A DNA stretch of 64,000 nt from an uncultured Methanosarcinales archaeon (GCA_964611285.1 CAZSZY010000002.1:7694-71693); one strand, 5' to 3'; positions 37,696 to 48,023 are shown, counted from the first letter of the stretch. Numbers and translations are program-made. Notes: a model not told the origin generated them from the letters alone.

Positions 37696-39777
37696 TTACT
37701 TGAGTGTTTCTCTTGCTTGCTCTTCAAGCAATCGAACGTGAATTTCTTCATACAAATCTTTTAATTTTCTAGAATACGTTTTTCTCTGAAACTCTGAAAG
37801 ATCAGATGTTAAGAATTTTTCACGAAGTTCATTATACTTTAATTTAGCTTGGGTCACGTCATCTTTTGCTATTAAATCATGAGCGTGTTGCAGTAAACCA
37901 GGCAGGTCAGTAGTATATTGGTTAGTTACCATAGATGTTTGATCAGGATCATCTAATAATTGAGGAGATGCAGATAACTTCTTCATTAAAGCTTCATTTT
38001 CAGCCAGACGGCGAAGCACAACACCTTGTTTGAGACGTAAGTTCTTTTGTTCCTTTGTTTCAAGCTCTGTTCGCGGAGACCACTCTGCAAAAGAATGTGC
38101 ACGAAGGTCTAATTCTTCTTCTCGCTCATGAACTGTTTCTTCAAAACCATACAATCTATCATATAATGAGTCTCTAGTTTTATTTAGCTCTTCTTTTGCT
38201 TTCACTATAAGTTCTTCTTGGTGGTCTTTAAAAGAAGAGAAATCACTCTTTTTCTTCCTAAACTCTTTAGCGTCTTCTTTATACGTCACAATTTGATTGT
38301 TGAGTTTTAGAAGTTTTCGTTCATACTCTTTTTGAGTTTTTTCAACGTCAGTAAGCTCTGCTGTTACTTTCTTTTCTTGATTATTTAAGAAGAATTCTTG
38401 TTTTTTTAAATCTGATTCTTCAGTGGAAATTTTTTTTTCCTTACCTGCTAATTTCTCTGATTGCTTAGATAATTTCTCAAAGAGTTTCTGATTGGCTTCT
38501 GATTTCTTTTCAACAGTTGCTACTTGTTTTACAATGAGTTGTTCTTCGTCTTTAAGGCCAACAAATTTTTTCTCTTTGCGCTCAACAACTTTTTTTTGTT
38601 TTTCTAATTCCTTTTGCTGCTTGAGTAATTCTTTCTCTAATTTTTCCAAGTCTTGTTCTTTTTTCTTTATTCTATCTTGAACTTCTTTTACTTTTTGTTC
38701 TTTTTTGTTTGCTTTCTCGGCTTGCTCTTTCTCATCGTCAGAAAGTTTTTCATTTTTTGGAGTGGCTACTTTTGATTTTTTTGCTTTTGGTTTCTTCTCT
38801 TCTTTTTCAGCAGGCGTATCATCTACAAAAGAAGGTATTTCGTCGTTGACATCAGATTCTTTAGTTGGTTCATCCTCGTCGCCAACAATGGATTGTAAAT
38901 CTTCAAGATCTTTAGTTATTTCATCATCAGATATTGGTTCTGTTGATTCTGCTTCTTCGTTTGCGTCTATTGGTTCAATTAATTCTTCAGGTTTATCAAC
39001 AAGAGTTTCTTCTGAAGGTTCTGGAACCTCAATTTTATCAGGAATTTCAGCAGGCCCTTCATCTAAGGGAGTATCTTGTGCAAAGGAAGAAGAGGATTCT
39101 TCATCTCTGTCGTCAGGAACAGGGGCATTGTATCCTTCGAGAGAAGAATTGCTTGTATCTTTGTCATCTGAATCTTCAGAAGTTGGTTCGCCTGAAAGTT
39201 CATTAAACATATCATCTCCTAATTGTTCATTAGGAAGGTCCTTAGGTTCTTCGTTGCTTTCTTCTTCTGTTTCTTGATTATCAAATTCTTTTGCAGGTTC
39301 TGGAGTAGTTTCTTCTTCAGGCAAATCTGCAGGTTTTGTATCATCCAGCAAAGGAACTTGTTCTGTTAAAAGAGATTCTGAAGCCGGTTCTGGAGTTTCA
39401 GGAGTGGGTTCTGAAGAAACAGGAACCTTGGGAACAGATTCTTCATTTTCACTAGTGGTATTTAGTTCTGCTTGCTCTTTATCGTATTGTTCTGATTCTT
39501 CAGTAGAAGTTGCTTCTTTTTGAGCGTTTAATTCTTCTTGTAAATGATCAACTGAACGAGCAGGTTTGTCTAAGCCCAAGCGTGAACGAATTTCATCAAC
39601 ATCATTAACAGAGGGTTTTTTATCATTCTCAAGACTAGCGTCCATTTCCGCTAAAATATCTTCAGGAGAAGATTTATTTTTTGCACCAAACAATTTACCC
39701 AGAAAACCTTTCTTCTTGGGCGCTTTAGTCTTAGAACTAGGTTCAGGCGGCGGGGCTATATCAAAATCATCGGACAA
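37696..39777 (-). CDS. large acidic protein: disordered D/E/S/P-rich region, K/E coiled coil, C-terminal globular domain
   Basis: 693 aa; a basic N-terminal patch (KKKGFLGKLFGAKNK), then a long acidic tract, then heptad-like repeats. Confidence 0.5.
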   Translation of the reverse strand: MSDDFDIAPPPEPSSKTKAPKKKGFLGKLFGAKNKSSPEDILAEMDASLENDKKPSVNDVDEIRSRLGLDKPARSVDHLQEELNAQKEATSTEESEQYDKEQAELNTTSENEESVPKVPVSSEPTPETPEPASESLLTEQVPLLDDTKPADLPEEETTPEPAKEFDNQETEEESNEEPKDLPNEQLGDDMFNELSGEPTSEDSDDKDTSNSSLEGYNAPVPDDRDEESSSSFAQDTPLDEGPAEIPDKIEVPEPSEETLVDKPEELIEPIDANEEAESTEPISDDEITKDLEDLQSIVGDEDEPTKESDVNDEIPSFVDDTPAEKEEKKPKAKKSKVATPKNEKLSDDEKEQAEKANKKEQKVKEVQDRIKKKEQDLEKLEKELLKQQKELEKQKKVVERKEKKFVGLKDEEQLIVKQVATVEKKSEANQKLFEKLSKQSEKLAGKEKKISTEESDLKKQEFFLNNQEKKVTAELTDVEKTQKEYERKLLKLNNQIVTYKEDAKEFRKKKSDFSSFKDHQEELIVKAKEELNKTRDSLYDRLYGFEETVHEREEELDLRAHSFAEWSPRTELETKEQKNLRLKQGVVLRRLAENEALMKKLSASPQLLDDPDQTSMVTNQYTTDLPGLLQHAHDLIAKDDVTQAKLKYNELREKFLTSDLSEFQRKTYSRKLKDLYEEIHVRLLEEQARETLK

Positions 39778-39901
39778 AAGTATTTCACACCTCTCTTTTT
39801 ATAAATAGGTCAATAGAAAATCCTCTTTTCCCATATAAAAATGTTTCGTTTAACACTAAATGGGCAAAACCTTAAAAACAAGAGTTTCCTAAGAAGAAGC
39901 A

Positions 39902-40279
39902 ATGGCAGAAAAAGCAATGGCAGAAAATACGGATATGCGCATTATAGAGCAAATGGAGCATCGAGTCTTACTTCTACTCCAAACTGATAAAGACGTGAAC
40001 AGTTCGTATACTGAACAAAAGAAAACACTTACTAGTCAAGAAGGCACATTTGATGAGAGTTTAAAGATTATCAAAGAAGAGATTGCAGAATTACAACAAA
40101 CAACTCAAGAACTTCGAAAAGCAATATATCTTCTGGGTCATCAACTAAAAGACAAAACAAACAAGAGAGCACTAGAAAGCGTACAAGAAAAAATTGATAA
40201 CTGGCCTCTTGAAGGATACATTACAAAAAAAGAATTGCCAGAACTCTTTGAAAAGTACGCTAAAGAAAAACAAGAATAA
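39902..40279 (+). CDS. hypothetical coiled-coil protein
   Basis: 125 aa ORF. Confidence 0.4.
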   Translation: MAEKAMAENTDMRIIEQMEHRVLLLLQTDKDVNSSYTEQKKTLTSQEGTFDESLKIIKEEIAELQQTTQELRKAIYLLGHQLKDKTNKRALESVQEKIDNWPLEGYITKKELPELFEKYAKEKQE

Positions 40280-40281
40280 AA

Positions 40282-41196
40282 TTAATTTTTCTCTTCAAGT
40301 TTTAATACTGCTTGAAGTGATGCTCTTCCAGCTCGAATGTGACGAGGAGAAGGAGTATTAACAGTCAATGATTGTAACCACAAACCAGGCGTTAGTAATA
40401 CTCGAAGAATAGGTGAAGAAGATTTTGCTGCTAAACGCTGCAGTTCATACGCTATTGCTGCAATCACCGGCAGAAGTGCTAAACGAAGACCAAGATTATA
40501 CAAGAAAGGTAAATCTTTTGGTACAAACATGTAAACAAAAATACTAATCAGAATAACAACAAAAAGGAATGTGGTTCCGCATCGCAAATGAACTTGCGAA
40601 GATGCAGAAATATTTTTTACAGTTAAAGGTAAACCGCTCTCATAACAATTAATGGTTGTATGCTCGCCACCATGATAACGAAATAAATCTTTAACATCTT
40701 TGTAGAGTCCAATAACTGCAATATACGCTACAAAAATACTCAATTTCACAACACCATCAATCAAGTTAAACAATCCTGAAGAAAGTATTACTTTGCCATC
40801 AATAAACGTTGCTGCTGAAAGCGGGAGAAATTTGAATAAGAAAATTGCAAAAACAAGACTGAACAAAACAGAACCATACATTAAAGCTGTTTCGTACCAC
40901 TTCATTTTACCTTCATACTCTTCTTCGCTAGCAACATCAGCTGAATACATCAATGATTTGTATCCAAGTAAAAGCATGTCAACAAGATTAACAACCCCTC
41001 GAACAAAAGGAAGACCTAATAATTTGTATTTTTTAGATAAAGGACGATGAGGAAAAGTTTTTGTAACAAGTTTCTTGCTGGTCGTCACACTAATCGCATA
41101 ATTCTCTTTACCCATCATCATGACGCCGTTGACTACTGCTTGGCCACCATAAGAAGGTTTTACGGCCATCAAAAGTTTTTTTAACCAATTTCTCAT
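40282..41196 (-). CDS. DUF1385 (YqhQ-like) membrane protein
   Basis: SYGGQAVVNGVMMMG motif near the N-terminus, as in YqhQ-family proteins; multiple TM helices. Confidence 0.6.
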   Translation of the reverse strand: MRNWLKKLLMAVKPSYGGQAVVNGVMMMGKENYAISVTTSKKLVTKTFPHRPLSKKYKLLGLPFVRGVVNLVDMLLLGYKSLMYSADVASEEEYEGKMKWYETALMYGSVLFSLVFAIFLFKFLPLSAATFIDGKVILSSGLFNLIDGVVKLSIFVAYIAVIGLYKDVKDLFRYHGGEHTTINCYESGLPLTVKNISASSQVHLRCGTTFLFVVILISIFVYMFVPKDLPFLYNLGLRLALLPVIAAIAYELQRLAAKSSSPILRVLLTPGLWLQSLTVNTPSPRHIRAGRASLQAVLKLEEKN

Positions 41197-41371
41197 AGAA
41201 GAAGCAGGAACGAGGAGCTGTTTAAAAACGTTTGGCGAAAGTGAAGATTTATATATTAAAAAGGCGTTCTGAAACGTTAAGCTAGAGAAAAGAAAACGAA
41301 ATGAGAGGAGGAGCTGTCTTCTCTGGAAAAACCGATATTTGAGCTCCTATCCGAAAAACGTATAACCAAAA

Positions 41372-41713
41372 ATGTTTAAGATAAAACCATTACGACCAAC
41401 AATGCGTGAGAAAAAACGCTACATTGTGTATGAAGTTACAACAAACAGCAAGACATCCATGCATAAAATACAAGAAGATTTAATTGCAAAATTACATGAA
41501 ACTCTTGGTGTTTTTTTAGCAAGCAAAGCAGGAATTCTCCCTATCAAATACGAACAGGAAAAAAAGAAAGGAATCCTGCGAACAAATCATACAGCAGTTG
41601 ATTATATTCGAAGCGCATTTGTACTTATCAACAAACTAGGTAATACAAAAGTTATTATTCAAACAAAAGGAGTTTCTGGTATACTCAAAAAAGCCAAATA
41701 TAATTATTTTTAG
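41372..41713 (+). CDS. rnp2: RNase P protein component 2 (Pop5)
   Basis: KPLRPTMREKKRYIVYEV N-terminus typical of archaeal Pop5; precedes psmA as in the exosome superoperon. Confidence 0.75.
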   Translation: MFKIKPLRPTMREKKRYIVYEVTTNSKTSMHKIQEDLIAKLHETLGVFLASKAGILPIKYEQEKKKGILRTNHTAVDYIRSAFVLINKLGNTKVIIQTKGVSGILKKAKYNYF

Positions 41714-41782
41714 AACATATGTGAAAAACATAGAAAACTAAGTGCTAAAAATTTTTGGCACCCCCAAAGAGGTAAAAAGAAA

Positions 41783-42499
41783 ATGCAACCAATGCCACAT
41801 CAAGTAATGGGATACGACAGAGCAATCACCATGTTTAGTCCTGATGGTAGACTACTACAAGTAGAATACGCAAAGAAAACCGTAAAACTAGGGAACACTG
41901 CAATCGGTATGGTCTGTAAAGACGGAGTACTGCTTGTTACCGACAAACGAATTGTTGACAAACTCGTCGTAGCAGAAACCATTGAAAAAATCTTTCAAAT
42001 AGATGATCACATCATTAGTACAGCAGCAGGAATTCTTTCTGACGCGCGAGTACTTATTGAGCGTGCACAAAACAAAGCACAAGAAAACAGAGTAACTTAC
42101 GACTCACCAATTGATACCTTAACAATTGTAAGAGATATGTGTAGCTTAAAGCAACTTTGTACACAATCAGGTGGCCTTCGACCATTCGGCGTCTCACTTC
42201 TTGTTGCAGGAATTGATGAAGACGGACCAAAACTATTCCTTACTGACCCAACAGGCATCTATTACCAATATAGAGCAACAGTAATTGGTGAAGGAGAAAC
42301 AGAAGTATCTGAAGAACTACACAAATCTTACAAAGAAACAATGACTGTAGAACAAGGATTAAAACTTGCAGGTAATGCAATTAAAAAATTCTTAGAAGAA
42401 GACTATAATATTGCAAGAATTGACGCAGCATACATTGATAACGAAACACAAACTATGAAAAAATTTAGTCAAGAAGACATAGTTAAAATTTTAAAATAA
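41783..42499 (+). CDS. psmA: proteasome alpha subunit
   Basis: MGYDRAITMFSPDGRLLQVEYA N-terminal alpha-subunit signature. Confidence 0.92.
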   Translation: MQPMPHQVMGYDRAITMFSPDGRLLQVEYAKKTVKLGNTAIGMVCKDGVLLVTDKRIVDKLVVAETIEKIFQIDDHIISTAAGILSDARVLIERAQNKAQENRVTYDSPIDTLTIVRDMCSLKQLCTQSGGLRPFGVSLLVAGIDEDGPKLFLTDPTGIYYQYRATVIGEGETEVSEELHKSYKETMTVEQGLKLAGNAIKKFLEEDYNIARIDAAYIDNETQTMKKFSQEDIVKILK

Positions 42500-42530
42500 A
42501 AGAATAATAAAAATTAGGTGAAAAGAAAAA

Positions 42531-43247
42531 ATGAAGGGTAATAAACTTATTGATGATCACGTACAAATCTCTGTAAACTTAGTACGCTACAAAACACACG
42601 GCAAAAATTTTGAAATAGCAATAGATGCTGATAAAGCTTTAGCATACAAAGAAGGAGACGAAGTAGATATCAATGAAATTATTAGCGCCGATGACATATT
42701 TGAAGATATGAAAAAAGGTATGCACGCAAAAGAAGCAGACCTTTCAGAAGTATTTGGAACTACAGACACAACAACAGTTGTAAGAGTAATGCTTGAAAAA
42801 GGAGAAATCCAATTCACACAAAAATATCGAGCAGAGCTACGTGATCGAAAAATGAGTAAAATAGTAAATATCATTCATCGAAATGCAGTAGATCCTAAAA
42901 CAGGAGCACCTCATCCAGAAAATAGAATTATTTCTGCAATGGATGAAGCAAAAATAAAAATAAATGATTTGAAAAAAGCTGAAGATCAAGTAAATGAAAT
43001 CATTACTAAGCTTCGACCAATCATACCACTTTCATTAGAAACAGCAAAACTACGCGTACACATACCAACTAATTTTGCAGGTAAACTACGAAGTAGTATT
43101 GCGGGATTTGGAAAACTTACAACCGAGCAATGGCTTAATGATGGTAGCTTAATGCTAGAAATAGAACTACCAGCAGGCATGCAAGGAGAACTCATGGACG
43201 AACTAAACAACGTTTCCCATGGTGGTTGCAGCGTAGAAAAAATCTAA
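42531..43247 (+). CDS. sdo1: SBDS/Sdo1 ribosome maturation protein
   Basis: 238 aa; N-terminal FYSH-domain-like sequence; canonical position after psmA. Confidence 0.8.
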   Translation: MKGNKLIDDHVQISVNLVRYKTHGKNFEIAIDADKALAYKEGDEVDINEIISADDIFEDMKKGMHAKEADLSEVFGTTDTTTVVRVMLEKGEIQFTQKYRAELRDRKMSKIVNIIHRNAVDPKTGAPHPENRIISAMDEAKIKINDLKKAEDQVNEIITKLRPIIPLSLETAKLRVHIPTNFAGKLRSSIAGFGKLTTEQWLNDGSLMLEIELPAGMQGELMDELNNVSHGGCSVEKI

Positions 43248-43279
43248 CTTATTAAACAAAAAATACGGAGATAGAAAAA

Positions 43280-44053
43280 ATGAGTGAATTAAAAATAGGA
43301 GAACGAGAAGTTGTTGTTCCAGGGCAATTATTAGCTGTTGGAATGGACTTCCTACCTAGCCACGGTACTTACCGATTAGGAGAGCAAATTATTGCAAACC
43401 GACTTGGTGTTAGCGTAGTTGAAGGTAAAGTAATCAAAACGATTCCACTTGCTGGCGTTTATCTGCCAAAAAGAAATGACATCGTTATTGGACGAGTACT
43501 AGACATCTTGAGTATGGGATGGAGAGTAGAACTAAAAAGCCCTTACACTGGATTAATTCCAATTAAGGACGGAACATTTGAATTTATCCCTCGAGGAGCA
43601 GATCTTTCACGATATTACAGTATTGGAGAATACTTCGTTGGAAAAATCACTAATGTAAGCGGACAAAATCTTATTGACGTTAGCGTTAAAGGACAAGGCC
43701 TACACAAACTTCGTGGTGGACGATTTGTAAAAGTAAACACGAACAAAGTTCCACGAATCATCGGTAAAAAAGGAAGCATGGTTAGTATGATTAAACAAGC
43801 AACCGATTGTAAAATTACCGTTGGTCAAAACGGACTCATATGGCTTATGGGCGAACCAGCAATGGAAAACCTAGTCGTGAAAACAATTAAAAAAATTGAA
43901 AACGAATCACACATAAGTGGACTAACTAACCGAATTAAAGAATTCTTAGAAACTGCAACTGGTAAAAAACTAGAAGCAATAAACGAAGAATCAGGCGATA
44001 ACAGTAACGGAAGCGACGACTCTAACAATCAGAGCAAAGAGAGGGACGAGTAA
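43280..44053 (+). CDS. rrp4: exosome subunit Rrp4 (S1 + KH)
   Basis: VVPGQLL... S1 region and a C-terminal KH (IIGKKGSMVSMI). Confidence 0.85.
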   Translation: MSELKIGEREVVVPGQLLAVGMDFLPSHGTYRLGEQIIANRLGVSVVEGKVIKTIPLAGVYLPKRNDIVIGRVLDILSMGWRVELKSPYTGLIPIKDGTFEFIPRGADLSRYYSIGEYFVGKITNVSGQNLIDVSVKGQGLHKLRGGRFVKVNTNKVPRIIGKKGSMVSMIKQATDCKITVGQNGLIWLMGEPAMENLVVKTIKKIENESHISGLTNRIKEFLETATGKKLEAINEESGDNSNGSDDSNNQSKERDE

Positions 44054-44054
44054 A

Positions 44055-44774
44055 ATGGCAGAAAAATACACAAAACGATTTGATGGACGAAAAATGAACG
44101 AGACCAGACCAATTGTTGCTAAAGCAGGTGTTATCAAAAACGCAGATGGTAGTGCTTATTTTAAAATTGGCGATACCATTGCATACGCAGCAGTTTATGG
44201 ACCTCGAGAAGTATTCCCTCGATTTATGCAAAACCCAACAAAAGGAATTCTACGTGTTAATTATAACATGATGGCATTTTCAGGACCGGGAGAAAGAAAT
44301 CGACCAGGACCAAACCGACGTGCAAAAGAAATTAGTTTGGTTTCTGAAAAAGCATTACTACCAGTACTGGACTTGGAAAAATATCCAAACACAGTAATTG
44401 ATGTATACATTGAATTACCACAAACAGATGCAGGAAGTCGATGCGCAGGAATTAGTGCTGCAAGCATAGCACTAGCAGATGCAGGTGTGGAAATGAAAGA
44501 CATGGTTCCAGCAGTAGCAGTTGGTATGGTAGGTGATACACCAGTAGTAGACCTCAGTTACCACGAAGAACAACCAGGCGACGATATGGAAACAGTTGAT
44601 ATTCCAATTGCAATGGTACCAAGCACTGGCGAAGTAACACTTCTGCAAATGGACGGTATTACTAACAAAGACAGCATTCTAAAAGTTATTGAACTAGCTA
44701 AAGATGCATGCGTGGTTATTGCAGAAACACAACGAGCAGCACTGCGAGAAAAGTATGCAGGTGAATCAAAATGA
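44055..44774 (+). CDS. rrp41: exosome RNase PH subunit Rrp41
   Basis: R...RFDGRKMNETRP...DGSAYFKIGDT RNase PH domain. Confidence 0.85.
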   Translation: MAEKYTKRFDGRKMNETRPIVAKAGVIKNADGSAYFKIGDTIAYAAVYGPREVFPRFMQNPTKGILRVNYNMMAFSGPGERNRPGPNRRAKEISLVSEKALLPVLDLEKYPNTVIDVYIELPQTDAGSRCAGISAASIALADAGVEMKDMVPAVAVGMVGDTPVVDLSYHEEQPGDDMETVDIPIAMVPSTGEVTLLQMDGITNKDSILKVIELAKDACVVIAETQRAALREKYAGESK

Positions 44775-45559
44775 ATAAAGAATCACAAATGTCAAACGGC
44801 AAAGAACACATGATTAAAGCAATAACTGCAGATATTCGATACGACGGACGAAAAAAAGATGAACTTCGACCAGTAAGTATTGAATATGGTGTAAGCACTA
44901 CAGCAGATGGTAGCGCAAAAATTACCTGTGGCAACACAGAAATTATTGTAGGTGTTTCTTTAACATTAGGAACTCCTTACTCAGACAGACCTGATGAAGG
45001 AACATTAATGGTATCTTGCGAACTACTACCAATAGCACATCCAACAATTGAATCAGGACCACCAAGTATCAATGCAATCGAAATCAGTCGAGTAATTGAC
45101 CGAGGAATTCGAGAAAGTGGCGCAATGGACGTAAAAGGACTATGCATTGAACCTGGCGTGAAAGTTTGGATGGTAAGTGTTGATGTAATTCCAATTAATC
45201 ATGATGGAAATCTGATTGACATAGGATCACTTGGTGCAATTGCTGCAATTACCAAAACTTTAATGCCAAAAATTGAAGATGGTGTGGCAAACTACAAAGA
45301 AAAAACTAAGAACGCATTAAAATTACAACATACACCAGTACCAATTACCGTATGTAAAATGGGCGACCAAATCTTTGTAGACCCAACTAAAGAAGAAGAG
45401 CAAAATCTAGATGCACGATTAACTATTGCAGTTATGGAAGATGACAATATTTGTTCATTGCAAAAAGGCGGTGGCGCAGGATTCACAAGTGAAGAACTAA
45501 AAATTGCATTTGAACTTGCAGTTGCTAAATCTAAAGAATTCCGTAAGTACCTAGCTTAG
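44771..45559 (+). CDS. rrp42: exosome subunit Rrp42
   Basis: RYDGRKKDELRP...DGSAKITCGNT RNase PH-like domain; 4-nt overlap with rrp41. Confidence 0.85.
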   Translation: MNKESQMSNGKEHMIKAITADIRYDGRKKDELRPVSIEYGVSTTADGSAKITCGNTEIIVGVSLTLGTPYSDRPDEGTLMVSCELLPIAHPTIESGPPSINAIEISRVIDRGIRESGAMDVKGLCIEPGVKVWMVSVDVIPINHDGNLIDIGSLGAIAAITKTLMPKIEDGVANYKEKTKNALKLQHTPVPITVCKMGDQIFVDPTKEEEQNLDARLTIAVMEDDNICSLQKGGGAGFTSEELKIAFELAVAKSKEFRKYLA

Positions 45560-46790
45560 AACTTCTTATTTTTTTATTTTTTCTTTTTATTTTCTTCTCT
45601 TTCTCAATAAACAAATCATTTATTTTTTTGAAAGTAAGAAGTTTGTTGTAGATGAATAAGCCACTTAGAAGTAATACGACTCCAAGAATCACATAAACTG
45701 CTGGAAGGCCAATAACATCAGACAATAAACCAACAAGTAGACTTACTACAATAACCACAAAACCCATAAGAAAGTTACTAATGGAAATTACTGTTGCGCG
45801 TTGCCAAGAAGGCGAAAACTCATTAAAAAAATTCATGAGTAAAGGAAAAGATATTCCTCCAACAAATACCGCTTCTATTAAGACTAAAAAGCCAGCAATA
45901 TAGCTTGGAAGAAAGCCCATAATTAAATACAATATACCGACAACAAGAGGCATCAGTAAAAAAATTTTTTTAGTGGAAATCAGTTTTTCTATCTGATGAA
46001 TTCTATTACCTGAAAAACCTGCAAAAAGATACATTCCTGAAAAAACAATACCAATAATTACTATAGAAAAACCAACCATTTCTAAATATAATTGATGAAA
46101 CTTGTATAGACTGTAAACTATCCCTGCCACAGAAACATAATACATTACAAGATAAAACAATTCTCTGGTGTGAAAAACATGTTTGAATCCTTCAACAAAT
46201 CTAGAAAACAATTTTTCTTTTTTAGTACTAAGAGTTACTTCTACAAATAATAAAGATACTACAACCCTGCATAAACCAACAAATATGCCTATAGCGAATA
46301 ATAAACGAAAATCAACTGTCGCAATTAATCCGCCAATAATCAACGAAACAGCCGCAACATACATTGCGACTGCTTGATTTAAACCAAGAAATTTTTTGTA
46401 TTTCTTTTCTTTTTTAGCTTGTTTAAAACCATCATACACTAAAGCTTCTCGAGAACCACTTTCAAAAGCAAATACTAAACCCATAAAGCCAGCTGCCAAA
46501 GCAAAATGAAAAAAAGAGTTTCCAAAAAACAAGAAGGTTGGTACAAGTAATGCTGCAAGATTGCCAACAATAATAGCATTCTTTCTTCCAAAATGATCAG
46601 CAAACATTCCTGAAGGAATTTCAAATATTAAAGTTATAACAGCAGTTATTGCTACAATAATTCCTATTTTCGCTAAAGATAAACCAACGGAAGCATAGAA
46701 TAATAGAATGAAACCATTCCAAATCATGAAAAGTCCAGTAAAAAAAGCTAACCAATGCATAAGCACTTCGTTTCTTCGCCAGACCTCCAT
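45531..46790 (-). CDS. MFS transporter
   Basis: 419 aa, about 12 TM helices, GMFADHFGRK MFS loop motif. Confidence 0.7.
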   Translation of the reverse strand: MEVWRRNEVLMHWLAFFTGLFMIWNGFILLFYASVGLSLAKIGIIVAITAVITLIFEIPSGMFADHFGRKNAIIVGNLAALLVPTFLFFGNSFFHFALAAGFMGLVFAFESGSREALVYDGFKQAKKEKKYKKFLGLNQAVAMYVAAVSLIIGGLIATVDFRLLFAIGIFVGLCRVVVSLLFVEVTLSTKKEKLFSRFVEGFKHVFHTRELFYLVMYYVSVAGIVYSLYKFHQLYLEMVGFSIVIIGIVFSGMYLFAGFSGNRIHQIEKLISTKKIFLLMPLVVGILYLIMGFLPSYIAGFLVLIEAVFVGGISFPLLMNFFNEFSPSWQRATVISISNFLMGFVVIVVSLLVGLLSDVIGLPAVYVILGVVLLLSGLFIYNKLLTFKKINDLFIEKEKKIKRKNKKIRSSKLGTYGIL

Positions 46791-46826
46791 ACGACTAATT
46801 CTCGCTAGAGAGATTTAAATAGCTTC

Positions 46827-47222
46827 CTAAACATGTCCCCTTGAGAAAGTATAATCTTCACTCATCAAATCATATTCTGTCTGTAGTTTATCACGTTCTT
46901 CTCTTAGATAATCTACGCCTTTCTTTTCAATTTGATTAAAAACTGAAAGAAATATATTAACAACACCATAAGTACCAGCACAACCTAACAACACAACAAA
47001 ACCCAATTTCGCTAAAGAAAATTCCTCCTGTGAAAAAGTAATTCCATGCTTGCCGTACATTAAAAAAGCTCCAAAAGCACAACCAGAAACAAGATAATTA
47101 AGAAAAGTTGAATCATTAAACAAATTAACATTATCAATTTGTCTAGTCTCATATTCTTTACTTGCGTTATCTAATAAAGCTAGTTTTTCTTCAAGTTCAC
47201 TTTTTGAAACCATAATAAGCAA
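46827..47222 (-). CDS. hypothetical membrane protein
   Basis: 131 aa with two hydrophobic helices. Confidence 0.4.
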   Translation of the reverse strand: MLIMVSKSELEEKLALLDNASKEYETRQIDNVNLFNDSTFLNYLVSGCAFGAFLMYGKHGITFSQEEFSLAKLGFVVLLGCAGTYGVVNIFLSVFNQIEKKGVDYLREERDKLQTEYDLMSEDYTFSRGHV

Positions 47223-47306
47223 AATAAAGACGCCAATATAAAGAATTCTTCCCCCTAAGGGGGCTGAAAACGAAATAATTAAAAAGAATGAAACAAATAT
47301 ACTAAT

Positions 47307-48023
47307 ATGAGCATTTTAGTACTTCAAAAAATTGGTTTGACCCCAGGAGAAGCTAAAGTATATCTGGCGCTTGTAAAAAATGGAGAACAAACAAAAAGCA
47401 CATTATCTAGCAATGCAAACGTATCTTCTTCAAAAGTCTATGAAATAGCAGAGAAGCTTATCAAAAAAGGATTGGCAGCATCAATTATTAAAAATAATAA
47501 AAAATACTATTCAGGAAGTAAGCCTGAAGAATTGAATAAGTTTATCGAGCGAAAGGAAGAAGCACTAAGACAAGAAAAAGAAATTGTGAAAAACATCATT
47601 CCAAAACTTAAGTCAACTAAAGAAACCAAAAAGACAATCATTCAAGTTTTTGAAGGATGGGATGGCTATGAAACAACAATAAGCGAAGGGTTTGCATCAA
47701 TTCCAAATAAAGGAACTATCAAAGGTATTGGGGTGGAAATGCCCCGTATCGATAAACTCCATCAATATCACAAAGCCAGAAGAGCAAAAAATTTGAAACA
47801 AGAGCTTATTTTTCCTGAAAAGAAAATGTCTAAGACCAAATATAAAGACAATGATCGAAGATATATCGCAGGAATCAGTAAAATAGGATTGGGCATATTT
47901 CCTGATAGAGTCATTATTCAGACGCTCGGAAAAGAACCAATAAGCATAGTCATACAAAATTCAGACGTTGTTGACTCATTTAAACAAATACACGCAGTTC
48001 TTTGGGAAAAAGCAAAGAAATAA
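47307..48023 (+). CDS. TrmB-family transcriptional regulator
   Basis: LGLTPGEAKVYLALVKNGEQTKSTL...SKVYEIAEKLIKKGL N-terminal TrmB HTH. Confidence 0.7.
   Translation: MSILVLQKIGLTPGEAKVYLALVKNGEQTKSTLSSNANVSSSKVYEIAEKLIKKGLAASIIKNNKKYYSGSKPEELNKFIERKEEALRQEKEIVKNIIPKLKSTKETKKTIIQVFEGWDGYETTISEGFASIPNKGTIKGIGVEMPRIDKLHQYHKARRAKNLKQELIFPEKKMSKTKYKDNDRRYIAGISKIGLGIFPDRVIIQTLGKEPISIVIQNSDVVDSFKQIHAVLWEKAKK

Noticed and set aside
37696-39777. Possible DNA-level tandem repeats in K/E-rich coiled-coil genes (also 1714..2598)
   Set aside because: The periodicity is at the amino-acid level (heptads with aaa/gaa codons) without exact nucleotide tandem units; it is not a microsatellite or mobile repeat.
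38492-39808. Several S-rich plus-strand ORFs opposite the 693-aa acidic gene
   Set aside because: The antisense of GAA/GAT-rich acidic codons yields Ser/Phe runs; no independent support.
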